A stretch of DNA of 64,000 nt, taken from the NCBI GenBank assembly GCA_947454705.1, contig CANGKZ010000002.1, positions 78,882 through 142,881 of the forward strand, in the 5' to 3' direction. The stretch is from Verrucomicrobiota bacterium. Lineage in GTDB: Bacteria > Verrucomicrobiota > Verrucomicrobiia > Limisphaerales > UBA9464. Each line of letters begins with the position of its first letter. The first letter of the stretch is position 1. Shown here piece after piece: positions 26,449 to 35,514 of this stretch. The notes below the pieces were generated by a model. It searched no databases. It had not been told where the DNA came from and worked only from the letters and a program-made list of their open reading frames with translations. The position numbers and the translations under genes are program-made.

Positions 26449-27669
26449 ATGACCTTCTCCCACACATCCCTCCCCGCGGACGCTCTGCCTTCCGGCGGGG
26501 GCCGCAGTGGCGCGGGGGCGCCGGAGATCACGGATCTGCGACTGGGATTCCTCCCGCTGACTGATGCCGCACCGCTGCTGGTCGCGGTGGCCCGCGGATT
26601 CTTTGCGGCCGAGGGATTGAATGCCGAGGCGGTGCGCGTCCCCAGTTGGACCGCGTCGCGCGACGCCCTTGAATCCGGCGCGGTTCACGCCGCGCAGATG
26701 CTCTACAGCATGCCGCTGGCCTCGCGCCTCGGCATTCTCGGCCACGAGTCCGCACCCCTGGTGGTTCCCTGGGTTCTCTCGCGCGGCGGACAGGCCATCA
26801 CGCTGGCCAAGCGCCACGCGGGCTCGGTGAAGTCCGACGCCCGCGCGCTGCATCGGCTGGCTTCAGAACGGATCGAAATGGGTCGCCCGCTGGTCTTTGC
26901 CCAGACACTTCCTCCCGGCACGCATGCCCTCTGGCTGCGTTACTGGCTGGCGGCGGGTGGTATTGATCCCGACCGCGACGTCGCCCTGATAACCATTCCG
27001 CCTCCGATGATGGTGCGGAATCTTGCCGGTGGACGCCTCGATGGTTTCTGCGCGGGTGAACCATGGAATGCCGTCGCTCAGCGCGAAGGCAGCGGCTTTA
27101 CCGCCATTACCTCCGACACCTTGTGGGCGAATCATCCGGAGAAAGTCTGCGCCTTCCGCTCCGACTTCGCCGCCCAACATCCACGCACCGTGAAGGCTGT
27201 GCTCCGCGCGCTGCATGCCGCGGGACGCTGGTGCGATGATCCTGCAAACGCTGCGGAACTCTCCTCGCTGCTCGCCGCCCCGCAACATCTCAACTGCGCG
27301 GTGGAAACGGTTCAGTCGCGGTTGAAGCCCGGATTCGAGCTCGGCGACGGACGCCAGGCGGGCGTCGGGGCGGTGCCGGTGTTCTCGGGCGATGCGATGA
27401 ACCGCCCGCGCATCGATGAATGCCTGTGGTTCCTCTCCCAGTACCGCCGATGGGGTTTCATTTTTGGTACGCCCGATTACCGCGCGATCGCCGACTCGGT
27501 GCTCCGGCCGGATTTGTACCGCGACGCGCTCTCCGAACTGGGCATCGCTGTCGCGGATTCGGAGGAGACGCCCGGTCCGCACGCGGCAGCGTTTCAATCG
27601 ATGAACTTCGATCCCGCAAATCCCGAAGCCTGCGCGCTCGCGTTCGAGATCAAATCCCCGCGCTCCTGA
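26449..27669 (+). CDS. second signal-less NrtA-like protein
   Basis: The N-terminus MTFSHTSLPADALPSGGGRSGAGAPEITDLRLGFLPLTDAAPLLVA has no leader. It has PPPMMVRNLAGGRLDGFCAGEPWN and LWFLSQYRRWGF and is paralogous to the 25148 gene. Confidence 0.8.
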   Translation: MTFSHTSLPADALPSGGGRSGAGAPEITDLRLGFLPLTDAAPLLVAVARGFFAAEGLNAEAVRVPSWTASRDALESGAVHAAQMLYSMPLASRLGILGHESAPLVVPWVLSRGGQAITLAKRHAGSVKSDARALHRLASERIEMGRPLVFAQTLPPGTHALWLRYWLAAGGIDPDRDVALITIPPPMMVRNLAGGRLDGFCAGEPWNAVAQREGSGFTAITSDTLWANHPEKVCAFRSDFAAQHPRTVKAVLRALHAAGRWCDDPANAAELSSLLAAPQHLNCAVETVQSRLKPGFELGDGRQAGVGAVPVFSGDAMNRPRIDECLWFLSQYRRWGFIFGTPDYRAIADSVLRPDLYRDALSELGIAVADSEETPGPHAAAFQSMNFDPANPEACALAFEIKSPRS

Positions 27670-27717
27670 CCGTTTTGCCCGCATCTGTTGGTTCCCATTT
27701 CCCTGTTTCCCTGTGTC

Positions 27718-28512
27718 ATGAAAACTCCCTGGAATCGCTTTGATTTCCTCCTCCTGCCGCTGCTGGGCGGGGCCTTCATTCTGCTACTCTGGCACCTGTC
27801 GAGCCACTCATGGTCGGGTGATTTGCCGGACCCGGCGAAGACCTGGCATGAGTCCAAGCCCTACGTGCTCGAACCTTGGGCCAAGCGCGGAGAGCTCGAT
27901 CAGGGCATCCTGCGGTTCACCTTCCTGTCGCTCATCCTGGTGGCCAAGGGCTATGCCATCGCGCTGATTCTCGGTACGCCGATCGGGTTTTTCCTCGGTC
28001 TCTCGCCGACCTTCAACAAGGCCTTCGATCCGATCATCCAGATCCTCCGTCCGGTTTCCCCGCTCGCGTGGCTTCCGCTCGGGATGGTGCTGTTTGCCAA
28101 GATCAAGGGGATCAATGTCACCGAAGTCGCCGCGTTGTTCACCATCGCGCTGTGCTCGATGTGGCCGACCGTTCTCAACACTGCGGTCGGAGTGCGGGCG
28201 ATTCCGACCGATTACCTCAACGTGGCGCGGGTGTTGAAGCTCTCGCGCTGGAAGACGCTCACCAAGGTCATGATCCCGGCGACGTTGCCGTACATGTTCA
28301 CCGGGTTCCGGCTGAGCCTCGGCATTGCGTGGCTGGTGATCGTCGCTGCTGAAATGCTCACCGGCCGTCCCGGCGTCGGCGGCTTCCTGTGGCAGCAGTA
28401 CAACGCGCTGGTGTACGAGCAGATCATCCTCTGCATCCTCACCATTGGCGGCGTGGGCTTCATCCTCGACCGCCTGATGAGCGTGATCGAACGCCGCTTC
28501 AAGACGATCTGA
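27718..28512 (+). CDS. nrtB: nitrate ABC transporter permease
   Basis: ORF 27688..28512; ATG 27718 is preferred over TTG 27688. It is a multi-TM protein with the EAA-like loop VARVLKLSRWKTLTKVMIPATLPYMFTG. Confidence 0.85.
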   Translation: MKTPWNRFDFLLLPLLGGAFILLLWHLSSHSWSGDLPDPAKTWHESKPYVLEPWAKRGELDQGILRFTFLSLILVAKGYAIALILGTPIGFFLGLSPTFNKAFDPIIQILRPVSPLAWLPLGMVLFAKIKGINVTEVAALFTIALCSMWPTVLNTAVGVRAIPTDYLNVARVLKLSRWKTLTKVMIPATLPYMFTGFRLSLGIAWLVIVAAEMLTGRPGVGGFLWQQYNALVYEQIILCILTIGGVGFILDRLMSVIERRFKTI

Positions 28513-28546
28513 TCCGATCCCTTCCCACACCTGCCCAAACCAAGCC

Positions 28547-29467
28547 ATGGCATTTCTCCAACTCCAGGGAGTCTCGATGGGCTACGGCGTGCCCGGGGGC
28601 CGAACCGAGGTGCTTGCCGACATCGATCTCGAGATCGAGCAGGGCGAGTTCGTGGCGATCGTTGGATACTCCGGATCGGGAAAGACCACGCTGATGTCGA
28701 TCCTCGCGGGACTCATCCGCCCCGAAAAGGGACGCGTGATCTTCGACGGGCAGGACACCCCGGGACCGGGTCCGGACCGCGGACTCGTGTTCCAGAATTA
28801 CAGCCTGCTTCCCTGGCTCACGGTTCACGAGAACGTCTCGCTCGCGGTGGACCAAGTCTTCCCGCAGCTGAGCGAATCGGAACGCAAGAGCCACACCGAT
28901 CGGTTTGTGCAGATGGTGAATCTCACCCCGGCACGCGACAAACGTCCGAGCGAACTCTCCGGCGGCATGCGTCAGCGCGTGAGTGTGGCCCGAACCCTGT
29001 CCATGCAGCCCAAGGTGCTGTTGCTCGATGAACCGCTCGGCGCCCTCGATGCGCTGACCCGCGCGACGCTTCAGGATGAAATCTCCCGCATCCGTCTGGC
29101 CGAGAAGCAGACCGTGGTGTTGATCACGAATGATCCGGATGAAGCCATCCTGCTGGCCGACCGCGTGATCCCGCTCACCGCGGGTCCGCGCGCGACGCTC
29201 GGACCGAGCATTCCCGTGACGCTGTCGCAGCCGCGCGATCGCCGCACGCTGCTGGGCAATTACGACTTCAAGCAGATCCGCCACGAGGTGATCCAGTACC
29301 TGCTCAAGGCGCGTCCGCGGCATCGCACCACGCTCTCCCGTTCGCTCGTGCTTCCCGACGTGGAACCCGAGGACATCACGCATCGCCCGCCCCCACTGTT
29401 CGCCAAGCCGGGCAGCGCGCGGAGAAAGAGTGAAATGAAGACCGAATCGGTGGAGGTGACCCTGTGA
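28547..29467 (+). CDS. nitrate ABC transporter ATP-binding protein (NrtC-type core, no C-terminal NrtA-like domain)
   Basis: It has Walker A GYSGSGKTT, the signature LSGGMRQR and Walker B LLLDEP. Confidence 0.85.
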   Translation: MAFLQLQGVSMGYGVPGGRTEVLADIDLEIEQGEFVAIVGYSGSGKTTLMSILAGLIRPEKGRVIFDGQDTPGPGPDRGLVFQNYSLLPWLTVHENVSLAVDQVFPQLSESERKSHTDRFVQMVNLTPARDKRPSELSGGMRQRVSVARTLSMQPKVLLLDEPLGALDALTRATLQDEISRIRLAEKQTVVLITNDPDEAILLADRVIPLTAGPRATLGPSIPVTLSQPRDRRTLLGNYDFKQIRHEVIQYLLKARPRHRTTLSRSLVLPDVEPEDITHRPPPLFAKPGSARRKSEMKTESVEVTL

Positions 29468-30309
29468 GCGCGCACCTCGAACTCTTCAACCTCACCAAGG
29501 TGTATCCCTCGAAAAAGGGGCCGCAGACCATTGTCCGCGATTTCAACCTCCAGATTCCGAAGGGCGAATTCGTCAGCATCATCGGCCACTCCGGCTGCGG
29601 AAAATCCACGGTGCTCATGATGGTGGCCGGTCTCACCACGGTGACCAGCGGCGGCATCATCCTGGCCGGACGCGAACTCAGCGGGCCCGGCCCGGACCGC
29701 GGAATTGTGTTCCAATCACCCTCGCTCCTTCCGTGGATGACCGCGCGCGAGAACGTGATGCTCGGCATCAACCAGGTGTTCTTCACCGCCACCGAACAGG
29801 AGCGCGCGCAGATCGCCGAGTACTACCTCAGCGTGGTGGGGCTCGCGGACTTCATGGACAAGCGTCCCGCGGAGTTGTCCCAGGGCATGCGCCAGCGCGT
29901 GGGCATTGCCCGCGCCTTCGCGCTCAAGCCGAAGATGCTCCTGCTCGACGAGCCGTTCGGCATGCTTGATTCCCTCACGCGCTACGAATTGCAGCAGGTG
30001 CTCATCGACCTGTGGCGACGCAATCAGATCACCACCGTCATGGTGACGCACGATGTGGACGAGGCGCTGTATCTGTCGGACCGCGTGGTCTGCATGACCG
30101 ACGGCCCCGAGGCCGGCATCGGCGAGATCCTCAACGTCCCGCTCCCCCGGCCGCGCGACCGCAAGGCCATCCTTGAGCTCCCCGAGTATCACCGTCTTCG
30201 CGCCACGCTCATCGAGTTCCTCGAAGTCCGTGCCCATCACCGTCCCAACTCCTCCAACTCTCCTTCCGGCGCAGCAACCCCGCCGGCGTCCGTTCCCGTT
30301 TCCGCCTGA
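29464..30309 (+). CDS. nrtD: nitrate ABC transporter ATP-binding protein
   Basis: GTG 29464 overlaps the upstream stop (GTGA). It has Walker A GHSGCGKST, the signature LSQGMRQR and Walker B LLLDEP. Confidence 0.85.
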   Translation: MSAHLELFNLTKVYPSKKGPQTIVRDFNLQIPKGEFVSIIGHSGCGKSTVLMMVAGLTTVTSGGIILAGRELSGPGPDRGIVFQSPSLLPWMTARENVMLGINQVFFTATEQERAQIAEYYLSVVGLADFMDKRPAELSQGMRQRVGIARAFALKPKMLLLDEPFGMLDSLTRYELQQVLIDLWRRNQITTVMVTHDVDEALYLSDRVVCMTDGPEAGIGEILNVPLPRPRDRKAILELPEYHRLRATLIEFLEVRAHHRPNSSNSPSGAATPPASVPVSA

Positions 30310-30337
30310 ACCCGACTGATCTCCCATTCGAATTCCC

Positions 30338-31870
30338 ATGAACACTCCCTCCCCCATCACCTCTCCGGCCCGAACCGCTCTCGCCGCCGCGGCGGTGCTC
30401 GCGGTCGCCTGTTCCATCACGTCGTCCCAAGCCTCGCCGCCGCTCGACCTCGGGATCAACACGCCGCTCCGCCCCAGCACCGGTTATCTCAATGATTACC
30501 TGCGTGCCGATGATCCCTACATGGCCGCATGGAACCTCGGCGTGCAGTATCGTGCGCGGTACGAGATCAAGGAAAACGGCGGCGCGACCGGCGCGGGATC
30601 GGGAACTGACTTTTCCGCCAAACCCGGCGTCGCCAATGACAATGCGTATCTGCTCCAGAAGACGCTGATCCGCGTCGGCTACACCGCCAAGTGGTGGGAG
30701 GCGTTCGTCCAGGGTCGCAACAGCTCGAGCACGAGCGACAAGCGTCCCAGCACTGGTGCACTGCCCGGATCGGGCGCGGGACCAGAGTCCGACGGCCCCA
30801 TCGATCTCCACCAGGCCTACATCAGCGTCGGCAACCACAAGGAATTCCCATTCTCCGTTAAAGTGGGACGCCAGGAGCTGAGCTACGGCGAGGAGCGTCT
30901 GGTGGGTGCGTTCGCCTGGAACAATATCGGACGCGTGTTCGATGCCGCGAAGTTGCGCTGGCAGAACTCGTGGTTCTCGGGCGACTTCTTCACCTCGCGT
31001 ATCGTCCTGCCCGACGACAACAACTTCAACACGCCGAACGACTACGACTACTTCTCCGGCGCGTACCTCACCTCGAAGAAGATTCCGACGATGCAGACGG
31101 AATTCTACTTCCTCGCCCGCAACGCGAGCCCGCAGGCCACCGCCCCTGGACCGCGCAGCCCGTTCACCGTCGGAACGGCGCGCGACATCTACACCGTCGG
31201 TGCCCGTCTGGTCACCGCCACCAACGACTGGGGCAACATCAACTTCTTCGTCGATGGCGCGTACCAATTTGGACACTACAACGATCCGGCCATCGCCGCG
31301 GTCGGCGCGCGCGGTCTCGAACAGAAGGCCTACATGGTGGTGGCCAACGGCAGCTACACGTGGCAGGAGGCGGCCTTCACGCCGAAGCTCGGATTGGAAT
31401 ATTGCTTCGGCTCCGGTGACTCGAACCCCACCGACGGCAAGCACGAGACGTTCGAGAATCTCTTCCCCACCAACCACAAGTTCTACGGCTTCGCGGATTT
31501 CGCCTCGCTGCAGAACCTTCACGACGTCCGCCTCTACAGCAGCGTCAAGCCGCTCTCCCGTTTGACGCTCCTCGCCGAGGCGCATCTGTTCTGGTTGGCC
31601 GACACCCACGACAATTTCTACAACGTCGGCGGCGCGCGCCGCGGCGGCCTCGCGGCCACCCCGGGCACCGGATACGGAATCAATCCCGGATACAGCTCGG
31701 ACCTCGGCACCGAAACCGACCTGATCGCCACCTGGGCCCTGTCCCCGTACGCCAGCATCGAAGTCGGCTACTGCCACTTCTTCCGCGGCAACTACGTGAA
31801 GGACTCGCTCTCCGTGATCGGATCCAAGGATGCCGACTACGTGTACCTCCAGACTCAGCTGAGCTTCTGA
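30338..31870 (+). CDS. outer-membrane beta-barrel porin, alginate-export (AlgE-like) family
   Basis: It has a signal peptide (AAAAVLAVACSITSSQA), IDLHQAYISVGN...VKVGRQELSYGEERLVGAFAWNNIGRVFDAAKLRW, alternating-residue strands and a terminal aromatic F. Confidence 0.75.
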   Translation: MNTPSPITSPARTALAAAAVLAVACSITSSQASPPLDLGINTPLRPSTGYLNDYLRADDPYMAAWNLGVQYRARYEIKENGGATGAGSGTDFSAKPGVANDNAYLLQKTLIRVGYTAKWWEAFVQGRNSSSTSDKRPSTGALPGSGAGPESDGPIDLHQAYISVGNHKEFPFSVKVGRQELSYGEERLVGAFAWNNIGRVFDAAKLRWQNSWFSGDFFTSRIVLPDDNNFNTPNDYDYFSGAYLTSKKIPTMQTEFYFLARNASPQATAPGPRSPFTVGTARDIYTVGARLVTATNDWGNINFFVDGAYQFGHYNDPAIAAVGARGLEQKAYMVVANGSYTWQEAAFTPKLGLEYCFGSGDSNPTDGKHETFENLFPTNHKFYGFADFASLQNLHDVRLYSSVKPLSRLTLLAEAHLFWLADTHDNFYNVGGARRGGLAATPGTGYGINPGYSSDLGTETDLIATWALSPYASIEVGYCHFFRGNYVKDSLSVIGSKDADYVYLQTQLSF

Positions 31871-31918
31871 ACCGGCACGGATCCGATTTCACCGCTGCGT
31901 TTCATACCACTCCCAGTC

Positions 31919-33724
31919 ATGCCCGTGGTCCCGCGAATTCCTGAAAGCGCCCCCTTCACGCCGCAGCAGCGGGCGTGGCTCGATGGATACCTCGCGGGCC
32001 TTCTCTACGACGCTCCGGGCAACGGAGCGTCGGGTGCGACTGCGACGGCGAGTGCATCAATCCCGGTACAGCGCATTCCGCTGCTGGTGGCCTTTGGGTC
32101 GCAGACCGGATCGGCGGGGAACCTGGCCAAGTCGATCTCGCGTGAGGCGGATCGACGCGGCTTTCAATCCACGCTCAAGGAACTGAACACCGTCTCTCCT
32201 GCGGATCTCGCGGCCCAGTCGCTCTGCGTGCTGGTCACCAGCACGTGGGGCGACGGCGATCTGCCCGACAACGGCGTCGAGTTTTGGAATGCCCTTCGCG
32301 GTGACACCGCGCCGCGAATGGAATCGCTTCGCTTCGCGGTGTTGGGATTGGGCGACAAAAACTACGCCGACTTCTGCGGGGCCGCGCGGAAGTTGGATGA
32401 ACGGCTCGCCACCCTCGGTGCACGACGCCTCGTTCCCCGGGGCGAGTGCGATGTCGATTTTCAAGCCGCCGCTGCGGCATGGACGGCGTCGTTGTGGTCC
32501 GCGTTGGAAGCGGAGAAATCGGGAGCCAGTTCCGCTCCCGCAGCGGCACCCGCTTCGGTCGTTCCTGCGAACCCCGCTCTCGAGCACCCGGCTCCCGCCT
32601 ACTCCCGCGCCAAGCCGTTCGGCTCCCGCCTCCTCGTGAATCGGAAGCTCAACCGCGAGGGTTCCGAAAAAGATACGCGCCATCTGGAGCTCTCGCTCGC
32701 GGGAAGTGGATTGACCTATGAGGCGGGCGACGCGCTGGGCGTGGTGCCTTCGAATCCTCCAGCTTTGGTGGATGCAGTCCTCACGCGGCTCGGATGTTCG
32801 GGTGGTGAGTCCATTGCTCTCGCCGATGCCGGAGCGATCCCGCTCGGCGAAGCGCTGTCCCGCCGTCTGCTGTTGTCGGCGATTCCCGATTCCTTCCTTC
32901 AGGAGTCGGCCAAGCGGTCTTCTAACTCCGCGTTGATGGCGCTGTTCCAACCGGATCAGAAGCCGGCGTTGGAAGCGTGGAAGTACGGCCGCGACATCCT
33001 CGACGTTTTGGAGGCGTGTCCGGCGGCTAAGTTTGATCCCGCTGAATTCACCGGCTTCCTGCGCAAGCTCCAGCCGCGGTTGTACTCCATTGCCTCGTCC
33101 CCGAAGGCGCATCCGGGCGAGGTGCATCTCACGGTGTCGGTGGTGCGGTACGAGACCCACGGTCGCAAGCGCACCGGGCTTTGCTCCGGATTCCTGGCCG
33201 ATCATGTGGCCCTGCGCGAAACCGAGGTGCCGGTGTACGTGCAGACCTCGCACGGGTTCCGTCTGCCCACGGATGGTTCGGTGCCGGTGATCCTCATCGG
33301 ACCGGGCACCGGCATCGCGCCGTTCCGCGCCTTTCTGGAAGAGCGGCGCGCCACCGGGGCCAGCGGTTCCAACTGGTTGTTTTTCGGCGACCAGCGTCGT
33401 GCGGTTGATTTCCTGTATGAGGAGGAGCTGGTGCCGATGCATCAGGATGGATTCCTCACGCGGCTCGATCTGGCCTTCAGCCGCGATCAGGCGGCCAAGA
33501 TTTACGTGCAGGACCGCATGCGCGAGCACGGAGCAGAACTCTGGAAGTGGCTCGAGCGCGGTGCGCATCTGTACGTGTGTGGCGACGCCAAGCGCATGGC
33601 CAAGGATGTGGATGCGGCGTTGCGCCAGGTGATCGAGCAGGCCGGCGGCCGCACGACCGATCAAGCCGCCGAGTACGTGGCCGCGCTCAAGACGGCCAAG
33701 CGGTATCAGCGCGACGTGTACTGA
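31919..33724 (+). CDS. CysJ-like diflavin (FMN flavodoxin + FAD/NADPH) reductase
   Basis: The flavodoxin part has LLVAFGSQTGSAGNLAK...TSTWGDGDLPDN. The FNR part has RLYSIASSP, GLCSGFL, IGPGTGIAPFRAF, FFGDQ and YVCGD...MAKDV. The N-terminal roughly 50 aa carry the motif QQRAWLDGYLAGLL. Confidence 0.85.
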   Translation: MPVVPRIPESAPFTPQQRAWLDGYLAGLLYDAPGNGASGATATASASIPVQRIPLLVAFGSQTGSAGNLAKSISREADRRGFQSTLKELNTVSPADLAAQSLCVLVTSTWGDGDLPDNGVEFWNALRGDTAPRMESLRFAVLGLGDKNYADFCGAARKLDERLATLGARRLVPRGECDVDFQAAAAAWTASLWSALEAEKSGASSAPAAAPASVVPANPALEHPAPAYSRAKPFGSRLLVNRKLNREGSEKDTRHLELSLAGSGLTYEAGDALGVVPSNPPALVDAVLTRLGCSGGESIALADAGAIPLGEALSRRLLLSAIPDSFLQESAKRSSNSALMALFQPDQKPALEAWKYGRDILDVLEACPAAKFDPAEFTGFLRKLQPRLYSIASSPKAHPGEVHLTVSVVRYETHGRKRTGLCSGFLADHVALRETEVPVYVQTSHGFRLPTDGSVPVILIGPGTGIAPFRAFLEERRATGASGSNWLFFGDQRRAVDFLYEEELVPMHQDGFLTRLDLAFSRDQAAKIYVQDRMREHGAELWKWLERGAHLYVCGDAKRMAKDVDAALRQVIEQAGGRTTDQAAEYVAALKTAKRYQRDVY

Positions 33725-33743
33725 ATCGAATCCAAGAACTCCC

Positions 33744-35489
33744 ATGACCTGGACCGAGATCGCTGGAGAAAAACTGAACGCGGAGCAGGGGGCCTATCTC
33801 GACGGACTGTTCGCCGGGTTGCGCAATCGCGGATTCTCCTTCGCCGATGCGGCGCCGGGACCTTCGGGCGGGGCGGTCGCAACGCCGCCGCCGTTGGAAG
33901 ACCTCATCCCCGAGGAGCGGATCAAGCGTGAGCTGCATCCGCTCGATGCCTATCCGCTGCTGCTCCAGCACGCCACGGCGAATCAGGGACCCGACCGCGA
34001 GAACACCTTTCGCTTCAAGTGGAATGGCCTCTTCTACGTCGCGCCGAAGCAGGACGGCTACATGGCACGCCTTCGGATTCCGGGCGGACAACTCTTCAGC
34101 TTCCAACTCCGTGAACTCGCGGCGATCGCCGACGAACTCACCTCCGGCTACACGCAGATTACAACCCGGGCGAATCTGCAAATGCGGCTCATCCAGCCCC
34201 GCGACACGATTGAATTCCTGCGCCGCGTCCAGGGCACCGGCCTCCACACCCGCGGCGCGGGCGCGGACAATGTTCGGAATCTCACCTGCGATCCCACCAG
34301 CGGCTTCGCCCCCGAAGAATTGATCGAGACCATGCCCCTGACGCAGGGCCTCGCTCAGTTAATCCTCAACCACCGCGAGTTCTACGACCTTCCCCGCAAG
34401 TTCAACATCGCCTTCTACGGCGGCGGCCCGATCCCCACGGTCGAGGACACCAACGACATTGGCTTCCGCGCCGTCCGTATCGAAGCCTCGAAAGAGGACG
34501 CTCCCGGAATTGAACCCGGCGTGTACTTCCGCGTGGCGCTCGGCGGTGCCACCGGACACAAGGCCTTTGCCCGCGATCTCGGCGTGCTGGTGAAGCCTGA
34601 TCAGGCCGTGCAGGTGGCGGGTGCGCTGCTGCGGGTTTACGTCGCGAATGGAAATCGGACGGATCGAAAGAAGGCGCGGCTCAAGCACCTGCTCGAGACC
34701 TGGACCCTCGAACGCTACCTCGCCGAGACCGAGCGACTTCTCGGCCACACGTTGCTTCGCGCTCCCGCGGAAACCGTCGTGCCCGAACCCCCGAGTACTT
34801 CGCATCCGCAGGTGGGCGTGTTCCCGCAAAAGCAGCGCGGACTGAACTGGATTGGCGTCGCCGTGCCCGTGGGACAGATCACCTCGCGTCAGTTGCGCCG
34901 GCTCGCGGAACTTTCCGAACTTTACGGCAACGGGGAGGTGCGGCTCACCGTGTGGCAGAACCTGATTCTCCCGGGCATTGGCGATGCGTTTGTCGAAACG
35001 GTGAAGAAGGCGCTGGTGCGGATTGGGCTCGATTGGAAGGCGTCCAATGTCGGCACCGGGATCATCGCCTGCACCGGAAACCGCCACTGCAAGTTTGCGA
35101 GCGCCGACACCAAGGGCCACGGGCTCGCGCTGATGAAGCACCTCGAATCGCGCGTGGAGCTCGATCAACCCATCAACATCCACCTCACCGGATGCCCGAA
35201 CTCGTGCGCGCAGCACTACATGGGCGACCTCGGATTGCTCGGGGCGACGGTTAAGGTCGGCGGCGAATCCCGCGAGGGGTATCACATTTTTGTCGGCGGC
35301 GGATTCGGCTCCCGCCAGGCAGTGGGACGCCAGCTCTTCCAGGGCGTCACGCTTCAGGAACTCCACTCCACGGTGGAACGGATCCTTCGCGGCTACCTGC
35401 GTCATCGGAGCGCGGGCGAATCCTTCCAGGCCTTCACGGTTCGACACGAGATCGGCCGGCTGCAGGAACTGTTCGCCGAGCCGGTGTGA
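33744..35489 (+). CDS. nirA: siroheme/[4Fe-4S] nitrite (or sulfite) reductase hemoprotein, NirA-type
   Basis: Cluster and siroheme Cys motifs are IACTGNRHCKFA and TGCPNSCAQHYMGDLGL, with two NIR_SIR repeats. The nitrate context favours nitrite reductase. The N-terminus carries EQGAYLDGLFAGL. Confidence 0.8.
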   Translation: MTWTEIAGEKLNAEQGAYLDGLFAGLRNRGFSFADAAPGPSGGAVATPPPLEDLIPEERIKRELHPLDAYPLLLQHATANQGPDRENTFRFKWNGLFYVAPKQDGYMARLRIPGGQLFSFQLRELAAIADELTSGYTQITTRANLQMRLIQPRDTIEFLRRVQGTGLHTRGAGADNVRNLTCDPTSGFAPEELIETMPLTQGLAQLILNHREFYDLPRKFNIAFYGGGPIPTVEDTNDIGFRAVRIEASKEDAPGIEPGVYFRVALGGATGHKAFARDLGVLVKPDQAVQVAGALLRVYVANGNRTDRKKARLKHLLETWTLERYLAETERLLGHTLLRAPAETVVPEPPSTSHPQVGVFPQKQRGLNWIGVAVPVGQITSRQLRRLAELSELYGNGEVRLTVWQNLILPGIGDAFVETVKKALVRIGLDWKASNVGTGIIACTGNRHCKFASADTKGHGLALMKHLESRVELDQPINIHLTGCPNSCAQHYMGDLGLLGATVKVGGESREGYHIFVGGGFGSRQAVGRQLFQGVTLQELHSTVERILRGYLRHRSAGESFQAFTVRHEIGRLQELFAEPV

Positions 35490-35514
35490 ACCATTTTTGA
35501 TCCGCACTGCCGTC

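Noticed and set aside
33744-35489. Calling the siroheme enzyme a sulfite reductase (CysI/SirA) because of the adjacent CysJ-like gene
   Set aside because: This is not fully rejected, because the sequence alone cannot separate NirA from Sir. The gene sits between nitrate transport and nitrate reductase genes and no sulfate-assimilation gene is nearby, so nitrite reductase is the preferred call. It is flagged as a finding instead.
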